The notes beneath the pieces are model-generated. The model ran no database searches. It was not told the DNA's origin and was given only the letters and a program-made list of their open reading frames with translations. Positions 18,079-26,248 of a stretch of 64,000 nucleotides of DNA are shown here, in pieces (the first letter of the stretch is position 1; each line of letters starts with the position of its first letter). The translations under genes were made by a program, and so were the position numbers. This stretch comes from Acidobacteriota bacterium. GTDB lineage: Bacteria; Acidobacteriota; Vicinamibacteria; Marinacidobacterales; Marinacidobacteraceae. The DNA is taken from positions 3,782 to 67,781 of the forward strand of contig VXNL01000079.1 in assembly GCA_009840635.1 (NCBI GenBank). The letters are read 5' to 3'.

Positions 18079-19152
18079 ATGCGCATGCTCTTCCGGACGG
18101 CCGCTCCACTTGCGGTCCTCGTCCTTTCGTTCGCGTTCGCCGGCTGCGGCGGGCCCGCGGCCGGCTCCGGCGGCGGGGCCGCCGGCTCCGGCTCGCTGCT
18201 CCCCGACACCGTGGACTCCGAGGTGCTCGGCGTCCTGAACGGCGAGGAGATCACGCTCGACGATCTGGGCGACCGGGACATTTCCCAGCTCGCGCAACTT
18301 CGCACCGATTACTACACCGAGACTCACGGCCTGCTCGAGGAAGCCACGGTGCGGACTGCCCGGGAGCAGTTGCTGCTCGCTGCCGCCGCCGAGAAGGGCA
18401 TGACCCTGAACCAGTACTACACGCAGGAGATCGGCCTTCCGGAAGTGAGCGACGAGGAACTGCAGTACGTCTACAACCAGAACCGCCAGCAGATCGGCCG
18501 GCCGCTCGAGGACATCGCGACCGACCTCCGCCGGCAGATCGCCAACCAGAAGATGGCGCGGAGCATCGAGCTCGAGGGCAACCGCCTGCTGCGTGAGGCC
18601 GACTGGGACCTGACGGTCCCCGCCTATCGGGTCGCCATCGAGACCGACGGTCACGCCACGCTCGGCGCGGACAGCGCACCGGTGGAACTCGTGGTCTTCT
18701 CCTGCTTCGAGTGTCCCTTCTGCCGGCGTTTCGACGGGTCGATCAACCGGCTTCGGGAGAACGAGGCCCTTGCCAGCCAGGTCCGATTGGTGTTCCGGCA
18801 CTTCCCGCTGCGCAACATGCACCCGATGGCCCAGAAGGCGCACGAGGCGTCCGTCTGCGCCGAAGACCAGGGGAAGTTCTGGGAGTACCACGACGCGCTG
18901 TGGGCGGATGACAACATCTCGGCCGATAGCTTGGAACAGCACGCCAGGCTGGTCGGTCTGGACACCGAGGAGTTCGCGCAGTGCCTCAACTCCGGCCGCA
19001 GCTACGAGCGGGTGCAGACCGATCTGGAAGCCGCCCTGGCGCTCGGACAGACCGGGACTCCGGCCGTCTTCGTGAACGGGCGGTACATCGGCGGCGCGGT
19101 GTCGTTCGAGCAGTTGACCGCCCAGATCGAGCGCGAGATCGAGTCGAACTGA
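18079..19152 (+). CDS. DsbA-family thiol:disulfide oxidoreductase lipoprotein
   Basis: It has a lipobox (LSFAFAGCGG) and a CxxC active site (CFECPFC) in a thioredoxin fold. The ATG is at 18079. Confidence 0.85.
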   Translation: MRMLFRTAAPLAVLVLSFAFAGCGGPAAGSGGGAAGSGSLLPDTVDSEVLGVLNGEEITLDDLGDRDISQLAQLRTDYYTETHGLLEEATVRTAREQLLLAAAAEKGMTLNQYYTQEIGLPEVSDEELQYVYNQNRQQIGRPLEDIATDLRRQIANQKMARSIELEGNRLLREADWDLTVPAYRVAIETDGHATLGADSAPVELVVFSCFECPFCRRFDGSINRLRENEALASQVRLVFRHFPLRNMHPMAQKAHEASVCAEDQGKFWEYHDALWADDNISADSLEQHARLVGLDTEEFAQCLNSGRSYERVQTDLEAALALGQTGTPAVFVNGRYIGGAVSFEQLTAQIEREIESN

Positions 19153-19172
19153 CTCCCCGGAGACACCAGGAA

Positions 19173-19574
19173 ATGCCCCGAACCAACACCCTGTCTCCCG
19201 AGGTCCGGGAGTTCCTGGCGACCCGCTGCTACGTCCACCTGGCCACCCTGATGGCCGACGGCAGCCCCCAGGTCTCCCCGGTCTGGGCGGAGACCGACGG
19301 AGACCTCATCGTGGTCAACTCGGCGGCCGGTCGGGTCAAGGACCGGAACATCAAGCGCGACGCCCGGGTCGCGCTCTCCGCGACCCATCCGGAGGACCCG
19401 TTCAAGGCGCTCATGATCCGGGGCCGGGTGGTGAAGGTCACCGAGGACGGCGCCGAGGACGGGATCGACCGCCTCGCCCGGAAGTACATCGGCGGCGAGC
19501 GCTACGAGTGGCGGCGTCCGGGCGAAGTGCGGGTCGCCTACTACATCCAGCCGGAGACCGTAAAGACGCTCTAA
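19173..19574 (+). CDS. Pyridoxamine 5'-phosphate oxidase family (PPOX-class) protein
   Basis: A 133-aa protein with the pattern CYVHLATLMADGSPQVSPVW...LIVVNS. An RBS GGAG lies upstream. Confidence 0.75.
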   Translation: MPRTNTLSPEVREFLATRCYVHLATLMADGSPQVSPVWAETDGDLIVVNSAAGRVKDRNIKRDARVALSATHPEDPFKALMIRGRVVKVTEDGAEDGIDRLARKYIGGERYEWRRPGEVRVAYYIQPETVKTL

Positions 19575-19580
19575 CGCGTC

Positions 19581-19623
19581 GGAGCGCCGGCCTCTGGCCG
19601 GCATCGCGGCCCGGGAGGGCCGC
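19581..19623 (+). repeat. REP-like element, family 2 (GGAGCGCCGGCCTCTGGCCGGCATCGC plus GGCCCGGGAGGGCCG hairpin)
   Basis: It starts 7 nt after the PPOX stop. The same element occurs after stop codons at 20.6, 30.9, 32.9 and 39.8 kb. Confidence 0.75.
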
Positions 19624-19746
19624 GAAACGGGACCTCACTGCCCGCGCAGACGGCAGGAACGCGTCGGAGGATCGGCCTTCGGCCGGCCCGGCTTTCCATG
19701 GGTACGAAGCACCAGACGGGCTGGACGCCGAGGTGCCATCGTTTGT

Positions 19747-19773
19747 GGTATTTTTCTTACCATGGTAACTACC
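19747..19773. promoter_or_regulatory. Cluster of GGTA/TACC inverted half-sites, including the perfect palindrome TTACCATGGTAA over the vapB start codon; candidate VapB operator
   Basis: GGTA-N7-TACC, TTACCATGGTAA (19757-19768) and GGTA-AC-TACC are read directly from the sequence. They overlap the ATG at 19762. Confidence 0.5.
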
Positions 19774-20034
19774 ATAGATTCTGCCGGCCGGTTGGTCATT
19801 CCGAAGACGATCCGAGAAGCGGCGGGACTCGGAGCCGGTACACGGGTCCATCTGCGACTCGAATCCGACCGGGTGGTTGTGGAACCGGCGCCGCTTTCCG
19901 TAACCCTTGAGCAACGTGGGACGATGGTCGTGGCGGTGGCGCCTCCGGGAACGCCGCAAATGAAGGCGTCGGACGTTGCTCGCACGATCGAGGAACTGCG
20001 GGGGATGGATCCCTCGGCGGATCCGATGGCGTGA
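19762..20034 (+). CDS. vapB: AbrB/SpoVT-fold antitoxin
   Basis: IDSAGRLVIPKTIREAAGL...VVVEP is a looped-hinge-helix motif. Length is 90 aa. It overlaps the vapC start. Confidence 0.8.
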   Translation: MVTTIDSAGRLVIPKTIREAAGLGAGTRVHLRLESDRVVVEPAPLSVTLEQRGTMVVAVAPPGTPQMKASDVARTIEELRGMDPSADPMA

Positions 20035-20465
20035 CCCGTTACCTGTGCGACACCAGCGTCCTGGTCGCCTCCCTCTGCGACTGGCATCAGCACTACAGCC
20101 TTTCGCGTAACGAGATCCTTGGGCGAACTCAAGCTGGACAGGAACTCGTACTTGCGGCGCACTCGTTGGCCGAGACGTACGCAGTACTGACGCGGCTACC
20201 GGGGCACTACCGACTTCCGCCTGAGGCTGCCATCGCTCTCATTCAACGGAACTGGCTCGAGACGCCAACCATCCACCTCGATGGGCGCGAAGTCTGGGAT
20301 GCCCTGGGTGAGGCGTATCGTCAGGGAGCGACCGGGGGCCGAACGTACGACCTGCTCATCGCCCACTGTGCGATCAAGGCCGGTGCTTCCGCCTTGGTGA
20401 CCTGGAACCTTCGGCACTTCGCCGCCTTCGCAAACAGACTGAACGTCGTGACGCCAGCGGGTTGA
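20031..20465 (+). CDS. vapC: PIN-domain toxin
   Basis: It begins YLCDTSVLVA (acidic D). A Glu lies in the LAETYAVL region, followed by DLLIAHCAIKAGASALVTWNLRHF. The GTG start overlaps the vapB stop (GTGA). Confidence 0.8.
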   Translation: MTRYLCDTSVLVASLCDWHQHYSLSRNEILGRTQAGQELVLAAHSLAETYAVLTRLPGHYRLPPEAAIALIQRNWLETPTIHLDGREVWDALGEAYRQGATGGRTYDLLIAHCAIKAGASALVTWNLRHFAAFANRLNVVTPAG

Positions 20466-20593
20466 CTGGTGCCGAGTTCGCAGAGCGTGAGGGGGATGCG
20501 TCGGCGGGGAATCTCCCGGCTGGCGACGAATGTCCGCTCCGTCCGGCGGGCGTCTGCGGCGGCCGTGGAAGCCGGGGGCGCCTGGGTACGCAG

Positions 20594-20639
20594 TTTCGCC
20601 CGCCTTCGGCGGACGATGCCGGCCGGAGGCCGGCGCTCC
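20594..20639 (-). repeat. REP-like element, family 2, inverse orientation (GATGCCGGCCGGAGGCCGGCGCTCC) plus CCGCCTTCGGCGG hairpin
   Basis: Its reverse complement is GGAGCGCCGGCCTCCGGCCGGCATC. It lies 13 nt downstream of the minus-strand SDR stop. Confidence 0.7.
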
Positions 20640-20652
20640 GAATCGGCGTTCC

Positions 20653-21381
20653 CTATCCGGGGGCGTCCACGACGGAGCCGCTCATCGAAGCTGGGGCCTC
20701 ACTGCCGAGCCAGACGATGACGTCGGCCACCGCCTCGGGCGCGGACCGCGGTTTGGCGCCGGGTATGGCGGTTCGATAGGACTCGGTATCCACTGACCCG
20801 GGACAGACGGCGAAGACCGAGATCCCGGCCGGCCGCAGCTCCTCCGCGGCAGCCTTGGTGAGGCCCACGACGCCCCACTTGGAGGCGCAGTAGGCGGCGA
20901 GGCGGGGTGCGCCGATCCGTCCGGCCATGGCCGCGAGGTTCACGATGCGGCCTTGCCGCCGCTCGATCATGCCGGGGAGCACGGCGCGGGTGCAGAGGAA
21001 CGTCCCCTTCAGGTTTACGCCGAGAACGCTGTCGAAGTCCGCATCGGACGTCGAGGTCAACGGGGCCCGGTGGACGGCGCCGGCGGCGTTGACCAGCAGC
21101 TCGACGGGACCCAGGCGGCGCTCCGTCTCCTGCACGAGTTCGGCGACCTGACCCGGCTCGGTGACGTCAGTCGGCGCCACAAACGCGTGGCCGCCCGCCT
21201 GGCGAATCCGGTTCTGCACGGCAACCAGCCCCACCGGACGCCGCGCCGCGATGCCGACGGCGAAACCGCGTTCGACCAGTTTCAGCGCCGTGGCCGCTCC
21301 GATCCCCTGACTCGCGCCGGTGACGATGGCTACGGATAGTCCGGCCGGGCCGGAGGCGGCAGGTTGCGCGGGCGCCGTCAT
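20653..21381 (-). CDS. Short-chain dehydrogenase/reductase (SDR)
   Basis: It has the TGASQGIG Rossmann motif, NAAG, and the YCASK catalytic Tyr-Lys. Confidence 0.9.
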   Translation of the reverse strand: MTAPAQPAASGPAGLSVAIVTGASQGIGAATALKLVERGFAVGIAARRPVGLVAVQNRIRQAGGHAFVAPTDVTEPGQVAELVQETERRLGPVELLVNAAGAVHRAPLTSTSDADFDSVLGVNLKGTFLCTRAVLPGMIERRQGRIVNLAAMAGRIGAPRLAAYCASKWGVVGLTKAAAEELRPAGISVFAVCPGSVDTESYRTAIPGAKPRSAPEAVADVIVWLGSEAPASMSGSVVDAPG

Positions 21382-21421
21382 CTCCGGCCGGCGCCGGGTT
21401 GGTGCGTCGGAAGCGCCTGGA

Positions 21422-21925
21422 TCAGACGCCGATCAGATGCGCGGTGACCGTGCGGTCGCGCGGCCCGTCCAGTTCCGCGAAGAGGATGCTCTGCCACTGG
21501 CCGAGGGTGATCTCTCCGTCGTGGATCGGCACCGTCACGTTGTGGCCCAGCAGCGTCGCCCGGAGATGGGCGTCGGCGTTCTTCCGCTCGCAGTCGGAGC
21601 AGTCCTCGCAGTTGTGGAGGTATCCGTCTTCCGGATCGGCCAGGCGCTCGAGGCACTCGGTGAGGTCGGCCATCAGGGCCGCCTGGAACTCGTTCAGGAA
21701 GAGCGCCGTCGTCGTGTGGAGGGTTGAAAGGATGAGGAAACCCGCCTTGATGCCCGACGCGCGGACCTGATCACGAACGCGGTCGCTGATGTTGTGCAGT
21801 TCCACACGGGAATCCGTCACCACTTTCAGCGTGCGATGCATGATCTTCATCTGCCCGCGGATCACCTCTTCCGTGGACTTCGCCGGTGCGGCCTTGACCG
21901 TCGGCTGCGTCAGTACGCTTTGCAT
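21422..21925 (-). CDS. yjbQ: YjbQ/UPF0047 family protein (secondary thiamine-phosphate synthase-like)
   Basis: It contains LSTLHTTTALFLNEF, ADPEDGYLHN and DAHLRATLLGHNVTVPI. An SD AAGGAG lies 4-7 nt upstream of the tandem ATGATG at 21923-21928. The track ORF extension beyond this is antisense noise. Confidence 0.75.
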   Translation of the reverse strand: MQSVLTQPTVKAAPAKSTEEVIRGQMKIMHRTLKVVTDSRVELHNISDRVRDQVRASGIKAGFLILSTLHTTTALFLNEFQAALMADLTECLERLADPEDGYLHNCEDCSDCERKNADAHLRATLLGHNVTVPIHDGEITLGQWQSILFAELDGPRDRTVTAHLIGV

Positions 21926-22108
21926 CATGAACTCCTTGACCCGAGCCGCTCGGCGCCGATCCGGGACCGCCGCGAGCAGGCGGAGAGCCAGTATACCAAG
22001 CACAACCGGGTGCAAACGCCAGCTCAGCCTCGGTCCGGCGCCGGGGGGCTGGGATACTCCCATCGGCGCCCGCGCCACGGAATCCGCCCGGATGCGACCC
22101 TGTCCCTG

Positions 22109-23557
22109 ATGGAAGCTCTCGCCGCTGAACTCCGCCCGCTCCTCGGGAAACACGGGTTTCTGCTGCGGCCGGAGCACACCCTTCCCTACGAGTGCGACGG
22201 GAGCACTGCCTACCGGAGCCCGCCCCAGGCGGTGGCGCTGCCGCGTTCCACCGCCGAGGTCGCCGAGGTGGTCCGGGCCTGCGCCGCCGCCGGGGTCCCG
22301 TTTACGGCGCGGGGGGCCGGAACCGGCCTCTCCGGGGGAGCGACTCCGATCGAGGGCGGCGTGGTCATTTCCCTGGCCGGGATGAGCCGGGTCCTGGAGA
22401 TCAACCCCGGGGAGCGGACCGCGCGCTGCCAGACGGGGGTGGTCAACCTGGAGATCTCCCGGGCCGCCGCCCCGTTCGGACTCTTCTTCGCCCCCGACCC
22501 CTCGAGCCAATCCGCCTGCACGCTCGGGGGGAACATCGCCGAGAACTCGGGAGGGCCGCACTGCTTCAAGCTGGGGGCCACCACCTCGCACATCCTCTCG
22601 GTCACCGTGGTCCTCGACGACGGGGAGGTCGTGGTTCTCTCCGAAGATGACGCCGGCTATGACCTGCTCGGCCTCTTCGTCGGTTCCGAGGGCACCCTCG
22701 GGATCGCGACCGAGGCGACGGTACGGCTGCTGCCGGTTCCCGAGACCGTCGAGACCCTCCTCGCGCCGTTCGCCGGACTGGTTCCCGCCTGCGAAGCGGT
22801 CTCCCGCATCGTGGCGGCCGGCACCGTGCCGGTGGCGATGGAGATGCTCGACGCCGCCACCATCGAGGTGGTCGAGGCCGGGATCGGAGCGGGCTACCCG
22901 AAGGACGCCGGAGCGGTGCTGCTGCTCGAACTCGACGGCGCGAAACCGGCCGTCGCGCGCCAGCGCGCCGACGTGGACCGCATCCTCCAGGAGTGCGGGG
23001 CCTTGGAGATCCGGGTGGCGCACGACGCGGCGGAGCGCGAACTGCTCTGGCGCGGCCGCAAGTTCGCGTTCGGGGCCATGGGCCGCATCTCGACGGATCT
23101 CTACGTGCAGGACGGGGTGGTTCCGCGTTCGGCCCTCCCCGAGGCCATCGCCGAGGTCGAACGGATCGGCAAGCGGCACGACCTCCGGATAGCGAACGTG
23201 TTCCACGCCGGTGACGGCAACCTCCATCCCTGCATCTCCTACGACGGACGCGACGCGGACGAAAAGGCCCGGGTGATGGCCGCCAGCCACGACCTGCTCT
23301 CCCTCTGCGTGCGGCTCGGCGGGGTGCTTTCCGGCGAGCACGGGGTTGGGATCGAGAAGCGGGACTCGCTCGATCTGCTCTTCGGCGAGGACGACCTCGA
23401 AGCGATGCGCCGGGTCCGCGACGCCTGGAATCGGCAGGGGCTGTTGAACCCCGGGAAGATCCTTCCGGTCCGCGCCGGGTGCGGCGAGCCCCGGGCGGCC
23501 CTTCCGGACGGCGGCCTGCCCGGCCGGGTGGCCGCGATTCCCGGCGCCTGGATCTGA
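22109..23557 (+). CDS. glcD: Glycolate oxidase FAD-linked subunit GlcD
   Basis: It has an FAD-binding PCMH domain (RGAGTGLSGG) and a C-terminal FAD-oxidase domain. It is followed by glcE and glcF. Confidence 0.9.
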   Translation: MEALAAELRPLLGKHGFLLRPEHTLPYECDGSTAYRSPPQAVALPRSTAEVAEVVRACAAAGVPFTARGAGTGLSGGATPIEGGVVISLAGMSRVLEINPGERTARCQTGVVNLEISRAAAPFGLFFAPDPSSQSACTLGGNIAENSGGPHCFKLGATTSHILSVTVVLDDGEVVVLSEDDAGYDLLGLFVGSEGTLGIATEATVRLLPVPETVETLLAPFAGLVPACEAVSRIVAAGTVPVAMEMLDAATIEVVEAGIGAGYPKDAGAVLLLELDGAKPAVARQRADVDRILQECGALEIRVAHDAAERELLWRGRKFAFGAMGRISTDLYVQDGVVPRSALPEAIAEVERIGKRHDLRIANVFHAGDGNLHPCISYDGRDADEKARVMAASHDLLSLCVRLGGVLSGEHGVGIEKRDSLDLLFGEDDLEAMRRVRDAWNRQGLLNPGKILPVRAGCGEPRAALPDGGLPGRVAAIPGAWI

Positions 23558-24735
23558 TGGCTGGGACAGCGGCTCCGGCGAGCGAAGAGGGCGTTGGCCG
23601 GGCGCTCGCGGCGGCGTCCGAGGCGGGTGAACCGGTCGTCCTCCGGGGCGGCGGCACGCGGCTTGGGTTGGGAGCTCCGGCGCGAGCCAGCCGGATCGTG
23701 GATCTCGGCGGCCTGTCGGGCGTGATCGAGCACCACGTCAGCGACCTGACCGTCGAGGCCTGGGCGGGCACGACCGTCGGAGCGCTGAACCGCGAACTCG
23801 CGCCCCACCGGCAACTGCTCGCGCTCGATCCGCCGCTCCCGGAGCGGGCGACCCTGGGGGGCGTGATCGCCGCGGGCGATCCGGGGTTCCGCGTGTTCCC
23901 CGGCTCGCGGCCGCGCGATCTGCTGCTTGGCCTTTCCGCGGTGCTCGCCGACGGGACGCGCATCCGTTCCGGCGGACGCGTTGTGAAGAACGTGACGGGT
24001 TACGAGTTGACGAAGCTCTTCACCGGCTCGCTGGGGACCCTGGGGGCGATCACCCGGGTCACGCTGCGCCTCCGCGCGCTGCCAGAGGCCTCGCGCACGG
24101 TCGTCGCGGGCCTCCCGGTCTCTGACGCCGTGGATCAGTTTGCGGACCGGGTGCTGGCGGCCGCCGCCGCGGCGCCGGGTCCCGCGGCGGTCGCGGTGGT
24201 GCCGCCGGGGACGGGACTGCCCGGGCTCCCCGAAGACGGCGGTTTCCGCCTCGCGATCCGCTTCGAAGGACTGCGGGAGGAGGCGGCGATGCCGCCCGAA
24301 GGGGTGGCGACGGCGGCGGGAGGGGTCACCGTATTCCTCGGGGGTCCCGAGGAGGAGCAGTTCTGGGCGGGGGTCCGTGATTTCCCCGCGGTGGTGCCCG
24401 AGCGGGAGGGGGCGCTGGGCCTCGCCGTTCACGGCCCTCCCGGGGCCCTGCTGCGCACCGCCTGGAGACTCGCCGCCTTCGGCCCTCCGGTCGCCTTCCC
24501 CGATCAGCGGCACGCCATCGCGAGCATCCCGGCGGAGGACTTCGAGGCGGCGCTCGGTGCGCTTCAGGAGGAGCCGGACGTCTCCGCCGTCATCGAGACC
24601 GCTCCCGGTGACTGGAAGCGGAACCATCCGGTCTTTCACCCACCCCCTTCCGCGGCGGTCGCCGCGCTCTCGAGCCGAATCAAGGCGGCCCTCGATCCCG
24701 AGGGGATCCTGGCGCCCGGCCGCATGCCTTTCTGA
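23557..24735 (+). CDS. glcE: Glycolate oxidase FAD-binding subunit GlcE
   Basis: Its ATG overlaps the glcD stop (TGATG). It has an FAD_binding_4-like N-terminus (VVLRGGGTRLGLG). Confidence 0.85.
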   Translation: MAGTAAPASEEGVGRALAAASEAGEPVVLRGGGTRLGLGAPARASRIVDLGGLSGVIEHHVSDLTVEAWAGTTVGALNRELAPHRQLLALDPPLPERATLGGVIAAGDPGFRVFPGSRPRDLLLGLSAVLADGTRIRSGGRVVKNVTGYELTKLFTGSLGTLGAITRVTLRLRALPEASRTVVAGLPVSDAVDQFADRVLAAAAAAPGPAAVAVVPPGTGLPGLPEDGGFRLAIRFEGLREEAAMPPEGVATAAGGVTVFLGGPEEEQFWAGVRDFPAVVPEREGALGLAVHGPPGALLRTAWRLAAFGPPVAFPDQRHAIASIPAEDFEAALGALQEEPDVSAVIETAPGDWKRNHPVFHPPPSAAVAALSSRIKAALDPEGILAPGRMPF

Positions 24736-24769
24736 TGTGCCCGTCCCGCCTTTCGCATAGATTCGTCCC

Positions 24770-26041
24770 GTGACCCAACCGAGCGGCGGCGAGGCCCTCC
24801 GGATCTACGAGAAGACGCTCGCCTGTGTCCACTGCGGTCTCTGCCTGCCGGCGTGTCCCGCCTACGAGAACGCGCCGCGCGAGTCGCTCGCCCCGCGCGG
24901 GCAGGTCTTCAACGCCCGCGCCCTGCTGGAGGGCCGGCTGCCCGCGAGCGACGGCCTGGCGGAGGACCTCTACGAGTGCCTCGCCTGCCGCGGCTGCGAA
25001 AGCGTCTGTCCGGCGGGAGTGGAAGTCGGCGCCATCGTCGAGGGAGTCCGGGGGCTGCTGGACGAGGAAGCGGTCGAGCCGCGCCGGGTGCGGGTGCTGA
25101 AACGGTTCGCGCTCGGGGTGGTGGTGGCCCGGCCCGCGGTCCTGAAAGCGGCGATGTGGCTGCTCCGGTTTACGGGGCGCATCGGCCTTCGCCGGCTCGT
25201 GCAGCCGGTGCTGGCCCGCCTGGCGCCGAAGCTCGCGGCGCGGGAACGGTTGCTCCCCGACGTCCCGGCGCGGGAGCGTTTCCCGGCGCGGATCTCCCCG
25301 GGCGGCGAAGCGCGCGGGACGGTGGCGCTTTTCCTCGGCTGTGTCGCGCCGCATCTCCGGCCGGAAACCAGCCGGGCGGCGATCGAGGCGCTCGTCGCGA
25401 ACGGCTGGGAGGTGGTGATTCCCAGGGAGCAGGGATGTTGCGGCGCGCTCCATCTCCACGCCGGCCTGCCGGATCTGGCGCGGGGGCTGGCGCGCCGGAA
25501 CCTGGCGGCGTTTCCGGACGACCTTCCGGTGGTGACCACCGCCGCCGGCTGCGGCGCCGCGCTCTCGGAATACGGTGAGCTTCTGGACGCTGAACTACCC
25601 GCTGATGTTTTCTCGCGGCGGGTGACGGACGTCTCGGCGTTCCTCGCGGAGAGCGGCTGCCGCCCGCCCGCAGCCGGCCCCCGGGAGACGCCGCTGCGGG
25701 TCGTCTACGACGCGCCCTGCCATCTCTTCCACGCCCAGCAGGTCCGCGAGGAGCCGCTCCGGATCCTCCGCAGCCTGCCGGGCGTGGAGCTCGTCACCGT
25801 GCGTGACCCCGAGCGCTGCTGCGGCTCCGCCGGGATCTACAACGTGACCCGGCACGACACCTCAATGGCGGTCCTCGACCGGAAGATGGCGAACATCGCT
25901 CCCGCGGATCCCGACCTCATCGCCACCGGGAACATCGGCTGCCAGCTCCAGCTGGCCGAGGGCGCCCGGCGCGCCGGGATAAGCGCGGAGGTCGCCCACC
26001 CGGTCGAACTCCTCGCGGACGCCTACCGGCGGGAGAAATAG
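24770..26041 (+). CDS. glcF: Glycolate oxidase iron-sulfur subunit GlcF
   Basis: Two 4Fe-4S ferredoxin motifs are present (CVHCGLCLPACP and CLACRGCESVCP). It also has CCG domains (CCGSAG). A GTG start is used. Confidence 0.9.
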   Translation: MTQPSGGEALRIYEKTLACVHCGLCLPACPAYENAPRESLAPRGQVFNARALLEGRLPASDGLAEDLYECLACRGCESVCPAGVEVGAIVEGVRGLLDEEAVEPRRVRVLKRFALGVVVARPAVLKAAMWLLRFTGRIGLRRLVQPVLARLAPKLAARERLLPDVPARERFPARISPGGEARGTVALFLGCVAPHLRPETSRAAIEALVANGWEVVIPREQGCCGALHLHAGLPDLARGLARRNLAAFPDDLPVVTTAAGCGAALSEYGELLDAELPADVFSRRVTDVSAFLAESGCRPPAAGPRETPLRVVYDAPCHLFHAQQVREEPLRILRSLPGVELVTVRDPERCCGSAGIYNVTRHDTSMAVLDRKMANIAPADPDLIATGNIGCQLQLAEGARRAGISAEVAHPVELLADAYRREK

Positions 26042-26070
26042 GGAACCCCCGCGGTGGAGAATCGCGCGAC

Positions 26071-26117
26071 GGCTTGGAACGCCGGCTTCAGCCGGCACAG
26101 CCCGCCGAAGGCGGGCG
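26071..26117 (+). repeat. REP-like element, family 1 (GGCTTGGAACGCCGGCTTCAGCCGGCACAGC plus CCGCCGAAGGCGGG hairpin)
   Basis: This is the left arm of an inverted doublet with the copy at 26190-26235. Confidence 0.8.
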
Positions 26118-26189
26118 GCGAGACGGACCTCATTCGCCGGGATGACTCGGCTGCATGCGCCAATAAACCCGGGGTAGCGACGAACCGCC

Positions 26190-26235
26190 GCGGCCCTGCG
26201 GGCCGCTGTGCCGGCTGAAGCCGGCGTTCCAAGCC
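26190..26235 (-). repeat. REP-like element, family 1, inverse copy (GGCCCTGCGGGCC hairpin plus GTGCCGGCTGAAGCCGGCGTTCCAAGCC)
   Basis: It is the reverse complement of the unit at 39854-39900. The right arm of the doublet lies about 70 bp from the left arm. Confidence 0.8.
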
Positions 26236-26248
26236 GCTGCGCCCGGTA

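Noticed and set aside
26023-26232. Recurrent small ORFs beginning MERRLQPAQ (also at 39857, 42448 and 48445) and MPAEAGVPS (25862, 42666)
   Set aside because: They are translations of the family-1 REP core (TTGGAACGCCGGCTTCAGCCGGCACAG) and are not independent genes.
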